Positions 50,746 through 60,540 of a stretch of 64,000 nucleotides of DNA are shown here, in pieces (the first letter of the stretch is position 1; each line of letters begins with the position of its first letter). The translations under genes and the position numbers were made by a program. Source of the stretch: an uncultured Nitrospinota bacterium (GTDB taxonomy: Bacteria; Tectomicrobia; Entotheonellia; J063; CAVPRW01); assembly GCA_963707985.1 (NCBI GenBank), contig CAVPRW010000015.1, positions 1 through 64,000 on the forward strand, in the 5' to 3' direction. Under the pieces are notes generated by a model. The model was not told the DNA's origin. It saw only the letters and a program-made list of their open reading frames with translations, and did not search any database.

Positions 50746-51692
50746 GCAGCGCTCTCCTTCTCCTCGGTGACGAGACGCACAAAGACCTCCTCTAATGTCA
50801 AGTCCACCGGCCGCAGCTCGAGCAAACCCCAATTCTGATGCACCATAGCGGCCGCGACCTCCTTGCGGACATCGTAATCTTTCTTGGATTCGATTACACA
50901 GGTCACGACCCGGCCTGGACCGCTCCCATCTTCTTTGACCGTTTGGACACCCGGGATCGCCCCAAGTGCCCGTACAACCTCCGTAGCCGGGCCTTCAACG
51001 CGAACGAGCAAGCGTGACGAGGTCTGGAGTTTGGTCGTCAGGTTCTCGGGAGTATCAACCGCCACCAGGCGTCCGCGGTTGATGATGATGACGCGCTGAC
51101 AGGTCATGCTTACCTCGGGCAAGATGTGCGTGCTGAGGATGACGGTTTTTTGCCCGGCAAGCCCTTTGATCAGCTGACGGATATCGATGATCTGACGTGG
51201 ATCAAGCCCAATCGTCGGCTCGTCGAGGATGAGCACATCCGGATTGCCCAGAAGTGCCTGGGCGAGCGCTACCCGTTGCCGATAGCCCTTGGAGAGCTTG
51301 CCGATGTAGCGGTGCTGCACGTCCTTGATGCCGCAGTCATCCATGACCTGGCCGACCTGTCGCAGTCGTTCGCGGCGTGACAGACCTTTCACCTCGGCGG
51401 CGAACTTGAGAAAGCTGACCACTGGCATGTCGGTATAGAGTGGTGCATTCTCCGGCACATAGCCGAGACGGCGCCGTACCTGCAGCGACTCATTAAAGAC
51501 ATCGTAGCCTGCGATGCGTGCCGTGCCGCTGGTCGGCGGCATGAAGCAGGTGAGAATGCGCATGGTCGTCGTCTTACCCGCCCCGTTTGGCCCGAGGAAC
51601 CCGAGAATTTCCCCCCTCTCAACGACGAATGAAATGTCATCGATGGCTTTGATGGGCCCGTAGGTTTTGCTGAGTTGTTCTACCTCGATCAT
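50742..51692 (-). CDS. ABC ATP-binding protein (GldA-like)
   Basis: GPNGAGKTT, LSKGYRQR, ILDEPTIGLDP and STHIL. Confidence 0.95.
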   Translation of the reverse strand: MIEVEQLSKTYGPIKAIDDISFVVERGEILGFLGPNGAGKTTTMRILTCFMPPTSGTARIAGYDVFNESLQVRRRLGYVPENAPLYTDMPVVSFLKFAAEVKGLSRRERLRQVGQVMDDCGIKDVQHRYIGKLSKGYRQRVALAQALLGNPDVLILDEPTIGLDPRQIIDIRQLIKGLAGQKTVILSTHILPEVSMTCQRVIIINRGRLVAVDTPENLTTKLQTSSRLLVRVEGPATEVVRALGAIPGVQTVKEDGSGPGRVVTCVIESKKDYDVRKEVAAAMVHQNWGLLELRPVDLTLEEVFVRLVTEEKESAA

Positions 51693-52017
51693 CCCTCCCA
51701 CCTCCTTGCCTAGATCCTCAATGGGCCTGGATCGCTTGTTATGTTAGTGCATGCCAAGTGAGGAAATCAAGGGGGACTCACGCAGCCTCATCGGGAGATT
51801 CTCGCCAGGAAATATCCCTCAGTGCTAAGATCAGCGCTGCTGATTGAAGAGGCGGATTGGCAGATTAGCCCCGTCGAATTGGGCAATATTATAGGTTTAC
51901 AGAGGTTAGCTCCTCTCTAGTTTTCCCTGGTGGATTCCTGATTAGAGGCAGGCTGTGCCTCTCCCTATACGCGAACCCGACACCTTTGAGTGTATTAGTG
52001 TATAGAGGAGGCGGCCG

Positions 52018-53145
52018 ATGAGCAAACAGACTCAGTACACGTACGATGTCTTCATCAGCTACAGCCATGTCCAACGAGAATGGGTGCGGGGACAGCTGTT
52101 ACCACAGCTCGAAAAAGCGGGACTAAAAGTCATCATTGATTACCGAGACTTTGAAATCGGCGTGCCCAGCCTTGTCAATATGGAACGAGCTGTGGATAAT
52201 AGCCGGCATACACTCGTGGTGCTCACACCAGCCTGGGTTGCGAGCGAGTGGACTGAATTTGAGAGTCTGCTCGTCGGCACCACCGACCCAGCCGCACGAC
52301 GACGGCAGGTGATCCTACTGCTTTTAGAGACCTGCAAGTTGCCACCACGTTTCGCCATGCTCACCTTTGCCGACTTCACGCAGCCCTCTGAACATGAAGT
52401 GCAGATGGCCAGATTGGTGAAGTCGATATTAACGCAATCCAAAGGTCATGCAGCACCCACCACCATTGAGAGTGACCCGAAACCAATCGATGGCGGAAAT
52501 GCCCGCAGCACCGCCTCGCTGACCAACACTACCGCTGCTGGTGATGCGGCTATTATCCCACTAGATGGCGTACCGGCTGACTTCGTCCTTGTCACGACGC
52601 TCGAGGAGGAGCGCGCGTTGCTGGTGCACCTGGAAGAGCAGGTGGCAGTGCTGGTCAATCACAACGCCCCTGAGGTACAGCTCATGGCAGGTGAGGCCGT
52701 AGTACGTCTTCTGCTCCCTGATGTGAAAGCGCTTTCTTCTGAGGTTATTTCGCAGGCGGCCCAGGATCTGCTTGATTCGCTATCAACGCATTTTCCGATC
52801 CCAACACCAAGCTCATGGCCCTGCTGGAGGGTATCAGCAGCCGGGAGCGGTGGAGAACTATCCACGATACAGTTGCAACTACGGCGGCAGTGTTGGTCAG
52901 CCGCGAGATTTCATTAATGCCGACATTGTTCCAGGCGGTGGCGGAGACGCAGGATTGGGAACACCAGGAGCCAGTGCTCGGTACCGTGGCAAAACTGGCC
53001 GAGTTGAGTCCGGCGCACGTAAATACGTACGTTGAAGACAGGCCCGAGCTGGTGGACAAGCTGATCGAGCACTGTTCCAATCTTTACAGCATCAGTAGCC
53101 GGTGTTTTGCCTTAACCGCTCTGAGCTACCTACGGCACATCAACC
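52018..53145 (+). pseudogene. TIR-domain protein, frameshifted (about 52800) and 3'-truncated at an IS110 remnant
   Basis: YDVFISYSH..DYRDFEIG..SRHTLVVLTPAWVASEWTEFE. A helical region continues in frame 52815-53145 and stops at transposase sequence. Confidence 0.85.
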
Positions 53146-53850
53146 CCGACGGCGTTCCGGGACCAGGCGGGTGCGGTCGCGCGTCAGCTCCCGCCAGGCG
53201 CGCGGCTCAAGCGCGGGGATGACGCTCGCCTGCCGCAAGCCAGGGCGCCTGAGCTTCGCCCACCACCGCGCGTCGGCCTTCTCCGTCGTGCGCCCCGGCA
53301 CCTGCTTCACGGGGGCGGCGTTGACCAGGAATCCCGTCACAGCGCCCTCCAAGATGTGATCGAGCGGTTTCCACTACGCCCCGGTGCTTTCCATCGCCCC
53401 ATGCGTGACGCCCGCCGCGGCCAACCAGTCGGACGAAGCCAGCCGGTCGGCAGTCCTCGTCCCACAGGCCTTGCGCTCCATGAGCCCGTCCCCCTGCTGG
53501 CCGGTGGGATCAGGCGTCACCCGACAGGCCAGCACCGTCTTCGGCTGCACATCCACGCCCGCACAGGGGGTGCAGCTCACGTCCCGGGCCTACCTCCCGT
53601 GGCAGAGGGGCTGGCAGGATACCCCCTGGTCGAGACTCGACCGTGCGTGCTCTCCTCCCGGTCGGCAGGTGGCCACAATCCTTGGTGCCGACAGGGCTCC
53701 GGGTCCAACGGCTCCTCAGGCTCACGGCACCAGCGTTTGAATGACCTCGTCGCCAGCCCAGATCGAGCGCTTCTACCGCCCCTACTCGAGGCTGGCGAGC
53801 CCCACACCATTGTCATCCCGCTTGGTGCCCGAGCGCGGGCATGACAACTG
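53142..53850 (-). mobile_element. IS110-family remnant (N-terminal DEDD domain plus 5' non-coding end)
   Basis: CAGVDVQPKTVLAC, AMESTG, LVNAAPVKQVPGRTTEKADARW and RELTRDRTRLV. The C-terminal half is missing. About 270 bp of structured leader remains. Confidence 0.85.
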
Positions 53851-54129
53851 CTCAGAAGCTTAATTAGTTTGTATCATCAGGCATACCGCCCAGTGGTATG
53901 GAGTTCTCACCAGGACGTTATTCGGGCGCCGACAACGGGTGGGCCGGGGTGTTTTTAAACATTCCGCTGATGGAGTTCCTGGAATCGATCAGGAAGTACC
54001 CGAACATCCCGACCATCCCTGCCGGGTCGTCCATGGGCTCGGATCTGCCGGTGTTCGTCCCGCCCAACCTCGCGCCCAAAGGAGGTGCGGCTGAAATGCA
54101 TGCCAAGGCAAGCTTTAAGGACGAGTAAC

Positions 54130-54822
54130 GTGATCGCCGCGCACATCGAACTGATCCTCGTGGTCACCGGCGCTGCCACGGCCATCGCGGTCGACCAGTG
54201 CATCGCGCCAGTGCAGTTTCTCCGTCTGACTTACGGTGAAGCGCCCGTCGATCTGGTCAGTGTGGCGCTCGCCAGCCAAGAGGGTTTTGCCTATTGGGCG
54301 GCCCAGGCAACTATGTTGTACGGCTGGACACTGATGGCCCAGGGACAGCATGCCGACGGCATCGCGCAGATTCTCCAGGGTCTGAGCGCTCGCCATGCCA
54401 CGGGCGCCAGTCTGTATCGGGCGAGTCACTTGCCTCTATTGGCTGAGGCCTATGGAGAAGCAGGACAGATCGAAGAGGGGCTGCGCACGGTGGCCGAGGC
54501 ACTACTCAGCACCGACACGACTGGGGAACGGCTCTATGAAGCGGAGTTGCATCGGATCGAAGGGGAGTTGGTGCTCCAGCAGGCGCCTACGGACACGTCC
54601 CGGGCGGAACGCTGCTTCCAGCGAGCTCTGGCTATCGCCCGCTGCCAGCAGGCCAAATCCTGGGAACTACGAGCGGCCATGAGCTTGAGTCGGCTGTGGG
54701 GGCGGTCAGGAGAATACGCAAAAGCCCACCAGCTGCCGGCAGGATGCTATGACTGGTACACCGACGGCTTTGACACCACTGACCTGCGGGCGGCCCAAGG
54801 GCTGCTGGCAGCCCTGGCGTGA
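54130..54822 (+). pseudogene. Chimeric remnant: short hydrophobic N-terminus joined to the C-terminal TPR region of an adenylate cyclase/AAA-ATPase-type protein
   Basis: GFAYWAAQATMLYGW, YEAELHRIEGEL, AERCFQRALAIARCQQAKSWELRAAMSL and WYTDGFDTTDL. No ATPase or cyclase domain upstream. Confidence 0.75.
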
Positions 54823-55164
54823 GGTGGGTCCTTACCACGTGAAGAGCGTGCGCACAAGGGACGAGCATCCACAGGGTGAGGAGCCCTCCCACGATGAGGC
54901 CAAACACGCCCGACAGACCGTAGAAATTGCTTACGCAAAACGCCAGCGCAGAGGCCAGCGCCTGCTGAGAGGCTCGCTTCAGAGTCAAACCCCACTCACT
55001 CCGAGGGCTCATACCTTGCTCGAATACCAAGATGGGACTCAAAAAGATGGGGGCCCGGTTTGCTTTGCATCCTCGATGAGAGGACAGGACCGTTTTGCAG
55101 ATTAAGTTGTGCAAATCCGTTTCTTGGCGAGGCTCCCCAAGGTGGACCTCTAATTCACTCTTCG

Positions 55165-55461
55165 CTATTCGCGCTGAGAGATCGCCTGATATTCGTAGAA
55201 CGTGTATTGGCAGCCGTCCCCTGTCCGCGTGCGCTGATCGAGCCGCTCGGTAATCGTCAACGGGTGAACTGCCTGCAAGTTTACGTTCAGTACTACCAGG
55301 TAGTCGCCCGGCTGCAGTCGACACCTAGAGGGGCTATCGATCGTCGCCATATAGCGGGCGCGGTAGAGCATACTGCCAATCTCGATGATGACATGCGACG
55401 CCTCGACCTGGCGGATGAACAAGAGACGATTTTTCCCGATCAGCGGTCGATCACCGTGCAT
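55165..55461 (-). CDS. Hypothetical protein (98 aa)
   Basis: Strong RBS ggggaggag 5 nt before the ATG. No motif recognised. Confidence 0.55.
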   Translation of the reverse strand: MHGDRPLIGKNRLLFIRQVEASHVIIEIGSMLYRARYMATIDSPSRCRLQPGDYLVVLNVNLQAVHPLTITERLDQRTRTGDGCQYTFYEYQAISQRE

Positions 55462-56169
55462 GCAGACTCCTCCCCGACAGAGGTGGACCTCCTAGACCAG
55501 GTGGACCTGAGTCTTCCCATTCAACGCTGCTGCCTACATGGACCTGAGGTCGACCTGGTGGCCCTTCCTATTTCCGCCTGTCATTCCCGAAATTCGGTGA
55601 GGCCGATAAGTCAGCATCCTCATGTTGGTTTTGTGGCGCGATAGGTTTAGAGGGTCTATCAGTTTATAAGGACTCGCTGTGAGGGGAACATGGTGTGGCG
55701 TTTACGCCTGAGACGAGCATCTTCCCCGAATGGATTCGGCCGTTTACCCCCACCTAGATCACGTATCCACTGTCGACAGCGTGGTAGACGTTGCGTGGAT
55801 GTGCTTGATGCTGAATGGCTTCCGCCGTTGGGCGGTCGTCCTGTTGGTGTCATTCCTGGCCGTGTCCCGTGCGCTCGGCCATTCGTCCGACTCGCCCGCA
55901 AGCAAGACAGTTGGCTATTATAGCATGGGTGTGCGCTCGCCACAGTTGCCCATAGAATGGGCATCCTTCATAGTGGTATCCACGACGCCGCACTCGAAAA
56001 CTCCCAGATCCAGGGTCCCCTGGAAAATGTGGGGACGGCCCTCCTGGTCCATCTGCGGTAGGCCAGGGGCGCTATTGTCGCCCTGGTTAAGCATCGGAGA
56101 CCCCGCCTGCAGCTTGGCAGGAAGGTGTGAAGCTCGATAGGTGCAACCTGATGAGAGCTGTTGTAACCT

Positions 56170-57411
56170 TCAGGGCCACATGAGCACGAGCAGGATTCCG
56201 CTCATGAGCCCTATGCCATACAACCAGATGACTTTGGCCAGCAGTTCTTTATGGCCGATGGCGGCAATGGTGGCGGCTTTGAAGAAGAGATTCGCCATCA
56301 ACGCAGTGACGATGATCCGCCATCCCTGTTCCGGGTCGAGCCGCTCCGTTCCTACCAGTTGCGACGTCGAGAGGGTCATGGCGTCGACGTTCGTGAGTCC
56401 CGACAACGCTGCCACGACATACAGTCCTCTGTCGCCGAAGTGCGTTTTGGCCGCCGCGACCGCCAACAGCACAACAGCGTACAGGAGCCCAAACAGCAGC
56501 GCGGCCCTTAACTCCGAGGGATTCTCCTGGACTGGCATGGAGTTTTGTACATCGCGACCGGTGAACCAGACAATCCCGGACATCGCAATGAACACACAGA
56601 GCAGCACCGCGAACGGCGGCCACACCATGGCCAGAAAGGATGCTTGGACGACGGCGATTTCTAGCATCACGCGCGCGAACATCACGGTCGACGCGATCAT
56701 GATCACGATTGAAGCCAATCGGCTGCTCGCCGGATCGCGAGCGGTGCGGCGCGCATAACTCACGGTCGTGGCCGTACTCGAAATGACCCCTCCGAGGATG
56801 CCACCAAGTAACAACCCGGCATGTTCGCCGAAGAATTTATACGCGATGTACCCTGCCAGGCTCAGCCCGACGATGAGCACGACCATCAACCAGATCTCGC
56901 GAGGATTGAGCACAGCGTACGGGCCATATGCCTGGTTCGGGAGCACGGGGAGGATGACCAGCGAGATCAAGACGAACTGCATGACGGCTCGTAGGTCTTC
57001 GTCGCCGAGCTTGCGCGCGATGCCGTGGAGCTCGCCCTTGTATTGCAGGAGCACCGCCGCGCCCGCGCCAATCGCAATGGCGATCGCCTCAGGGCCGACG
57101 ACGACATAGGCCCCAACCCCATACATGAGGAGCATGGCGATTTCGGTGGTCAGCCCCGGCGCGGCTGGGCCGACCCGGAACTTGGCGATATTTCCCACGA
57201 CGATCAGCCCGGAGACGGCGATGAAACCCGCGGCCATGACCCAGCCGCCGAACGATTGGGCCAACATGGCGCACACGACTCCCAGGATGGTAATGAGAGG
57301 GAAGGTACGGATGCCGGCCAGTTGAGAGGCCGCGTGCTCGCGTTGCAGACCGACCAAAAGCCCCAGCCCCAGGGCAATCGCCAGATGTGTGAAAAGAATC
57401 GACAGCTCCAT
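56170..57411 (-). CDS. MgtC/SapB-family membrane protein with DUF4010
   Basis: LGLLVGLQRE, AGIRTFPL, GLTTE, VILPVLP, GGVISSTATT and SGLTNVDA. Confidence 0.92.
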   Translation of the reverse strand: MELSILFTHLAIALGLGLLVGLQREHAASQLAGIRTFPLITILGVVCAMLAQSFGGWVMAAGFIAVSGLIVVGNIAKFRVGPAAPGLTTEIAMLLMYGVGAYVVVGPEAIAIAIGAGAAVLLQYKGELHGIARKLGDEDLRAVMQFVLISLVILPVLPNQAYGPYAVLNPREIWLMVVLIVGLSLAGYIAYKFFGEHAGLLLGGILGGVISSTATTVSYARRTARDPASSRLASIVIMIASTVMFARVMLEIAVVQASFLAMVWPPFAVLLCVFIAMSGIVWFTGRDVQNSMPVQENPSELRAALLFGLLYAVVLLAVAAAKTHFGDRGLYVVAALSGLTNVDAMTLSTSQLVGTERLDPEQGWRIIVTALMANLFFKAATIAAIGHKELLAKVIWLYGIGLMSGILLVLMWP

Positions 57412-57582
57412 GCGGTCAGCTCCCGCTCGCAGGCGAGCTCCAGACGGCTAGGCGACAGAGTCGCGCCTGTGACGTGAAGAGCCGGAGCCACACCCTCTAT
57501 GCCTGTGCTATCCATGCCGCCAACGGTTGGTCTGCCACCGTTGGCTCGGAGTGGCCGCGATGACATGAGTCATCCGGGACGC

Positions 57583-57855
57583 TTAGCGGTCGCTGTGCCC
57601 CAGATGCTTCTCGGGTGCAATGCGGTCTCGCACCAGTTGCTTCAGCTCCTTTGATTCTGGGAATCGCCCCTGCTGCCGCCGGGAAAAGATCGTTTCTCCC
57701 AGCAGCCGTACCTCAAAGATGCCGTTGGTCCCCGGCACGAGTGCCACTTCGCCCAACTCCTGGTCGAATGTGGTCAATAATTCCTGTGCCAGCCATGACG
57801 CCCGCAAGAGCCAGCGGCATTGGCGGCAATATTCGATCTCCAGGCGTGGTGTCAT
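57583..57855 (-). CDS. SelT/SelW/SelH (Rdx) family protein
   Basis: IEYCRQCRWLLRASWLAQELLTTF..GIFEV..FPESKELKQLVRDRIAP. Confidence 0.92.
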   Translation of the reverse strand: MTPRLEIEYCRQCRWLLRASWLAQELLTTFDQELGEVALVPGTNGIFEVRLLGETIFSRRQQGRFPESKELKQLVRDRIAPEKHLGHSDR

Positions 57856-58119
57856 GCTCCATCCCTCCCGATGCTGATCCCCGTCTTCAACCATACCTCG
57901 TCCTCGCAAGGTCGGCTTGCATTGTATCAGATTCCTGCGTCGCTTCATGCCTGCGTTCCTGTCGTGGTTGTGGGGGGAAGAGATGCTTGCGGCCGCTCGT
58001 GATTGGTGTTTTCTCTTGACACCTTGGTGAGACTACAGTAGTGACGTGGCATGGGCACAACCTTTCGCGTGAGCAGGACGATATGACCGACACTTCACTG
58101 GCATAGAAGGAGACAGACG

Positions 58120-58806
58120 ATGGCGACCCATCAGACCTTGAGCGGCACCTCGGACGAAGACTTCTTGCAACGTCTGGTCTCAAACTATCATGAGCGCTTT
58201 GGAGCGGATTTCTGGGCCACATTTACCGCCCAGGTCGCCCCAAAGCTCCCGCCACAACCGGTGATCGTCGACCTGGGTTGTGGCCCCGGCCTGTTCTTGC
58301 GCGATCTTGGGGAGCGCTATCCGGACGCCACGCTCTTCGGCTACGATGTGACCCCAGCCATGATCACCCACGGCCGGCAATTGCCGACGACCGGTGCCCA
58401 CCCGACGCTGGCGGTTCACGATGTCGCCACCCAGCCCCTGCCACATGCCGCTGGCACGGTGCACTTGGTGACCATGACGTCTGTCCTGCATGTCCTCGAC
58501 GAACCATTGCCGGTACTCGGCGAGATCCGGCGGGTTCTGGCACCCAATGGGCTCTTTCTGCTGCATGATTGGATTCGCATGCCGCTGCAGACCTATCTCA
58601 CCTCGCGCCAGGAACGCCAGGAAGAAACGCCGGAGGTTAGCCGTCAGCGGGGTTTCCGTCTCTTTCCAGCGCACTGCAAGTACACCACCGAGGACTGGCA
58701 GTGGCTGCTGGGTGAAGCCGGCTTTGCGATCCGCCATCAGACGCAATTACGCCCCACGCATCAGTGTTTCGTCACCACTCCGGTCAGCAAGGCATCGGTG
58801 CGCTAG
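58120..58806 (+). CDS. Class I SAM-dependent methyltransferase
   Basis: IVDLGCGPG, GYDVTPAMI, VLH and EIRRVLAPNG. RBS aaggag. Confidence 0.9.
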   Translation: MATHQTLSGTSDEDFLQRLVSNYHERFGADFWATFTAQVAPKLPPQPVIVDLGCGPGLFLRDLGERYPDATLFGYDVTPAMITHGRQLPTTGAHPTLAVHDVATQPLPHAAGTVHLVTMTSVLHVLDEPLPVLGEIRRVLAPNGLFLLHDWIRMPLQTYLTSRQERQEETPEVSRQRGFRLFPAHCKYTTEDWQWLLGEAGFAIRHQTQLRPTHQCFVTTPVSKASVR

Positions 58807-58928
58807 GGATGAGTCCATGCCGACGGAGATGGTGTCAGGTCGAATCGCCCTCCGAGAGTTCCTGCCGCTGGTGGTGTATATTATTCATGTTCGATGCGGC
58901 AGCGTCTTGACCGATACGGGGGGCGTGG

Positions 58929-60533
58929 ATGCATATTCATCTGAGCTTGCGTGATAAGCTGATTGCGGTGAGCATCGTCAGCGTGATCATTGCTCTGGTG
59001 CTGTCGACCCTCATCGATTCCGAGATGGCACGGCGGGCGTTCACGCAGCGCTTCAGGGATGAAGCGATGCGAGTCGCCAAGGAGATTTCGGCTGGTTTCG
59101 GCGGCTCGACGGAGCTCGACGATTGGGAGACGCTGGTGCATAAGATCCACGAGATCAAAGAAGCACGCGCCGATATCCGTCAAATCAACGTGTTCGCCCT
59201 CAATCCAGAAAATGGCTGGTCGATAGCGGCCTCGGATGAGGATCCGCCGACCGCAAACCTCAGCAATCAGGAGTTGACCAGCCTGATGCGAGGCCGCACC
59301 CTCGCTGATGAAGAACAAGGGTGGGATGCCCATTACTGGAGAGTGGTCACGCCCATCAAGGTCGACAAGTACATCATCGGTGCCCTCCAGGTCTTGATTT
59401 CCTGGGAAGCTGCCCAGCAGGATGAGGCCAAGGAACGCCGTAAGATGCTGCTCACCCTGGCGGCGACGGTGATACTGGTCAGCGTCGCCCTGACCATCTT
59501 TGTGCAACGTGCGGTGTATCGTCCGATCAAGGCCCTGGTTGGCGCGATGCAACGGGCGCAGGCGGGGTCGCTCGATGTCGAGGTAGTGCCGCATGGTCGC
59601 GACGAGCTGTCGCAGTTGGCCATGCATTTCAACCGTATGCTGTGGCGGATTCGGCAGGACACGGACGAGAAAGAGAAGCTGCTGTTGCAGATCCAACAGT
59701 TCAATGAAGAATTGCAGGGAAAAATTCAGCAGGCAACCCGCATTCTCGAACAGCGCAATCACGAATTGCAGCACGTCAACGAGGCTTTGTTCCAGAGCCA
59801 GCGGCAACTCGCCCAATGGGAACGCATGGCCGGTATGGTCTATCAAAGCGCAACCATCGCCCACGAGATCGGCACGCCACTGCATTCCATCACAGGTTAC
59901 ATCCATCTGCTGCTTACCGACAGCCATGTCCCCGACGACGCCAAACGCCGCCTGAAGGTCATCGAGTCGCAGATGGATCGGATTTCCGAGACGCTACGCA
60001 CCATGCTCGCGTCTACGAAGCAACCACCGCCACAGGTCGCACCACTCGATCTCAATGCCCTGCTGCGTGACTTGATCCATCTGACGTCGCCGGGGATGTC
60101 ACGCAGCAGCGTCAAGCTCAGCATTGAGCTGCAGGACGACTTGCCGCTGGTGCTGGCAGATTGCAACCAACTACAACAGGTATTCCTGAATTTGATCGCG
60201 AATGCCGTCGATGCTATGCCTGCTGGCGGTGAACTGCACGTCAAGACGGCGGTCGAAGAAGCAGGCGACAGCGGACGGGATCGGCCTGGTGCACCCCGTA
60301 GGCGATGCGTGGCGGCCTCCATCCATGACACCGGCCAGGGGATTGCCGAGGAATTTCTGAGTCGAATCTTTGACCCGTTTTTTACCACGAAGGCGGATGG
60401 GCAGGGGACCGGCATCGGGCTCGCCGTCTGCGCCCAGATCATCCATGCGCATGGCGGCAACATCACGGTGCAGAGTCAACCTGGAGAGGGCAGCACATTC
60501 ACCGTTCGCCTACCCCCTCAGGAGGAAGGATGA
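58929..60533 (+). CDS. Membrane sensor histidine kinase (HAMP, HisKA, HATPase)
   Basis: Two TM segments, GRDELSQLAMHFNRM, IAHEIGTPL, QVFLNLIANAVDAM, DTGQGI, FDPFFTTK and GTGIGL. Confidence 0.95.
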   Translation: MHIHLSLRDKLIAVSIVSVIIALVLSTLIDSEMARRAFTQRFRDEAMRVAKEISAGFGGSTELDDWETLVHKIHEIKEARADIRQINVFALNPENGWSIAASDEDPPTANLSNQELTSLMRGRTLADEEQGWDAHYWRVVTPIKVDKYIIGALQVLISWEAAQQDEAKERRKMLLTLAATVILVSVALTIFVQRAVYRPIKALVGAMQRAQAGSLDVEVVPHGRDELSQLAMHFNRMLWRIRQDTDEKEKLLLQIQQFNEELQGKIQQATRILEQRNHELQHVNEALFQSQRQLAQWERMAGMVYQSATIAHEIGTPLHSITGYIHLLLTDSHVPDDAKRRLKVIESQMDRISETLRTMLASTKQPPPQVAPLDLNALLRDLIHLTSPGMSRSSVKLSIELQDDLPLVLADCNQLQQVFLNLIANAVDAMPAGGELHVKTAVEEAGDSGRDRPGAPRRRCVAASIHDTGQGIAEEFLSRIFDPFFTTKADGQGTGIGLAVCAQIIHAHGGNITVQSQPGEGSTFTVRLPPQEEG

Positions 60534-60540
60534 AAGCCAT

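Noticed and set aside
48540..51692. Gliding motility machinery
   Set aside because: GldAFG-like modules occur widely in non-gliding bacteria, and no gldK-N or spr genes are present.
55690..56140. Possible secreted small protein
   Set aside because: The RBS-bearing start and the signal-like segment lie in different frames and the remainder has no recognisable motif, so it is unsupported.
57583..57855. Selenoprotein
   Set aside because: The motif is CxxC with ordinary Cys codons and no in-frame TGA.
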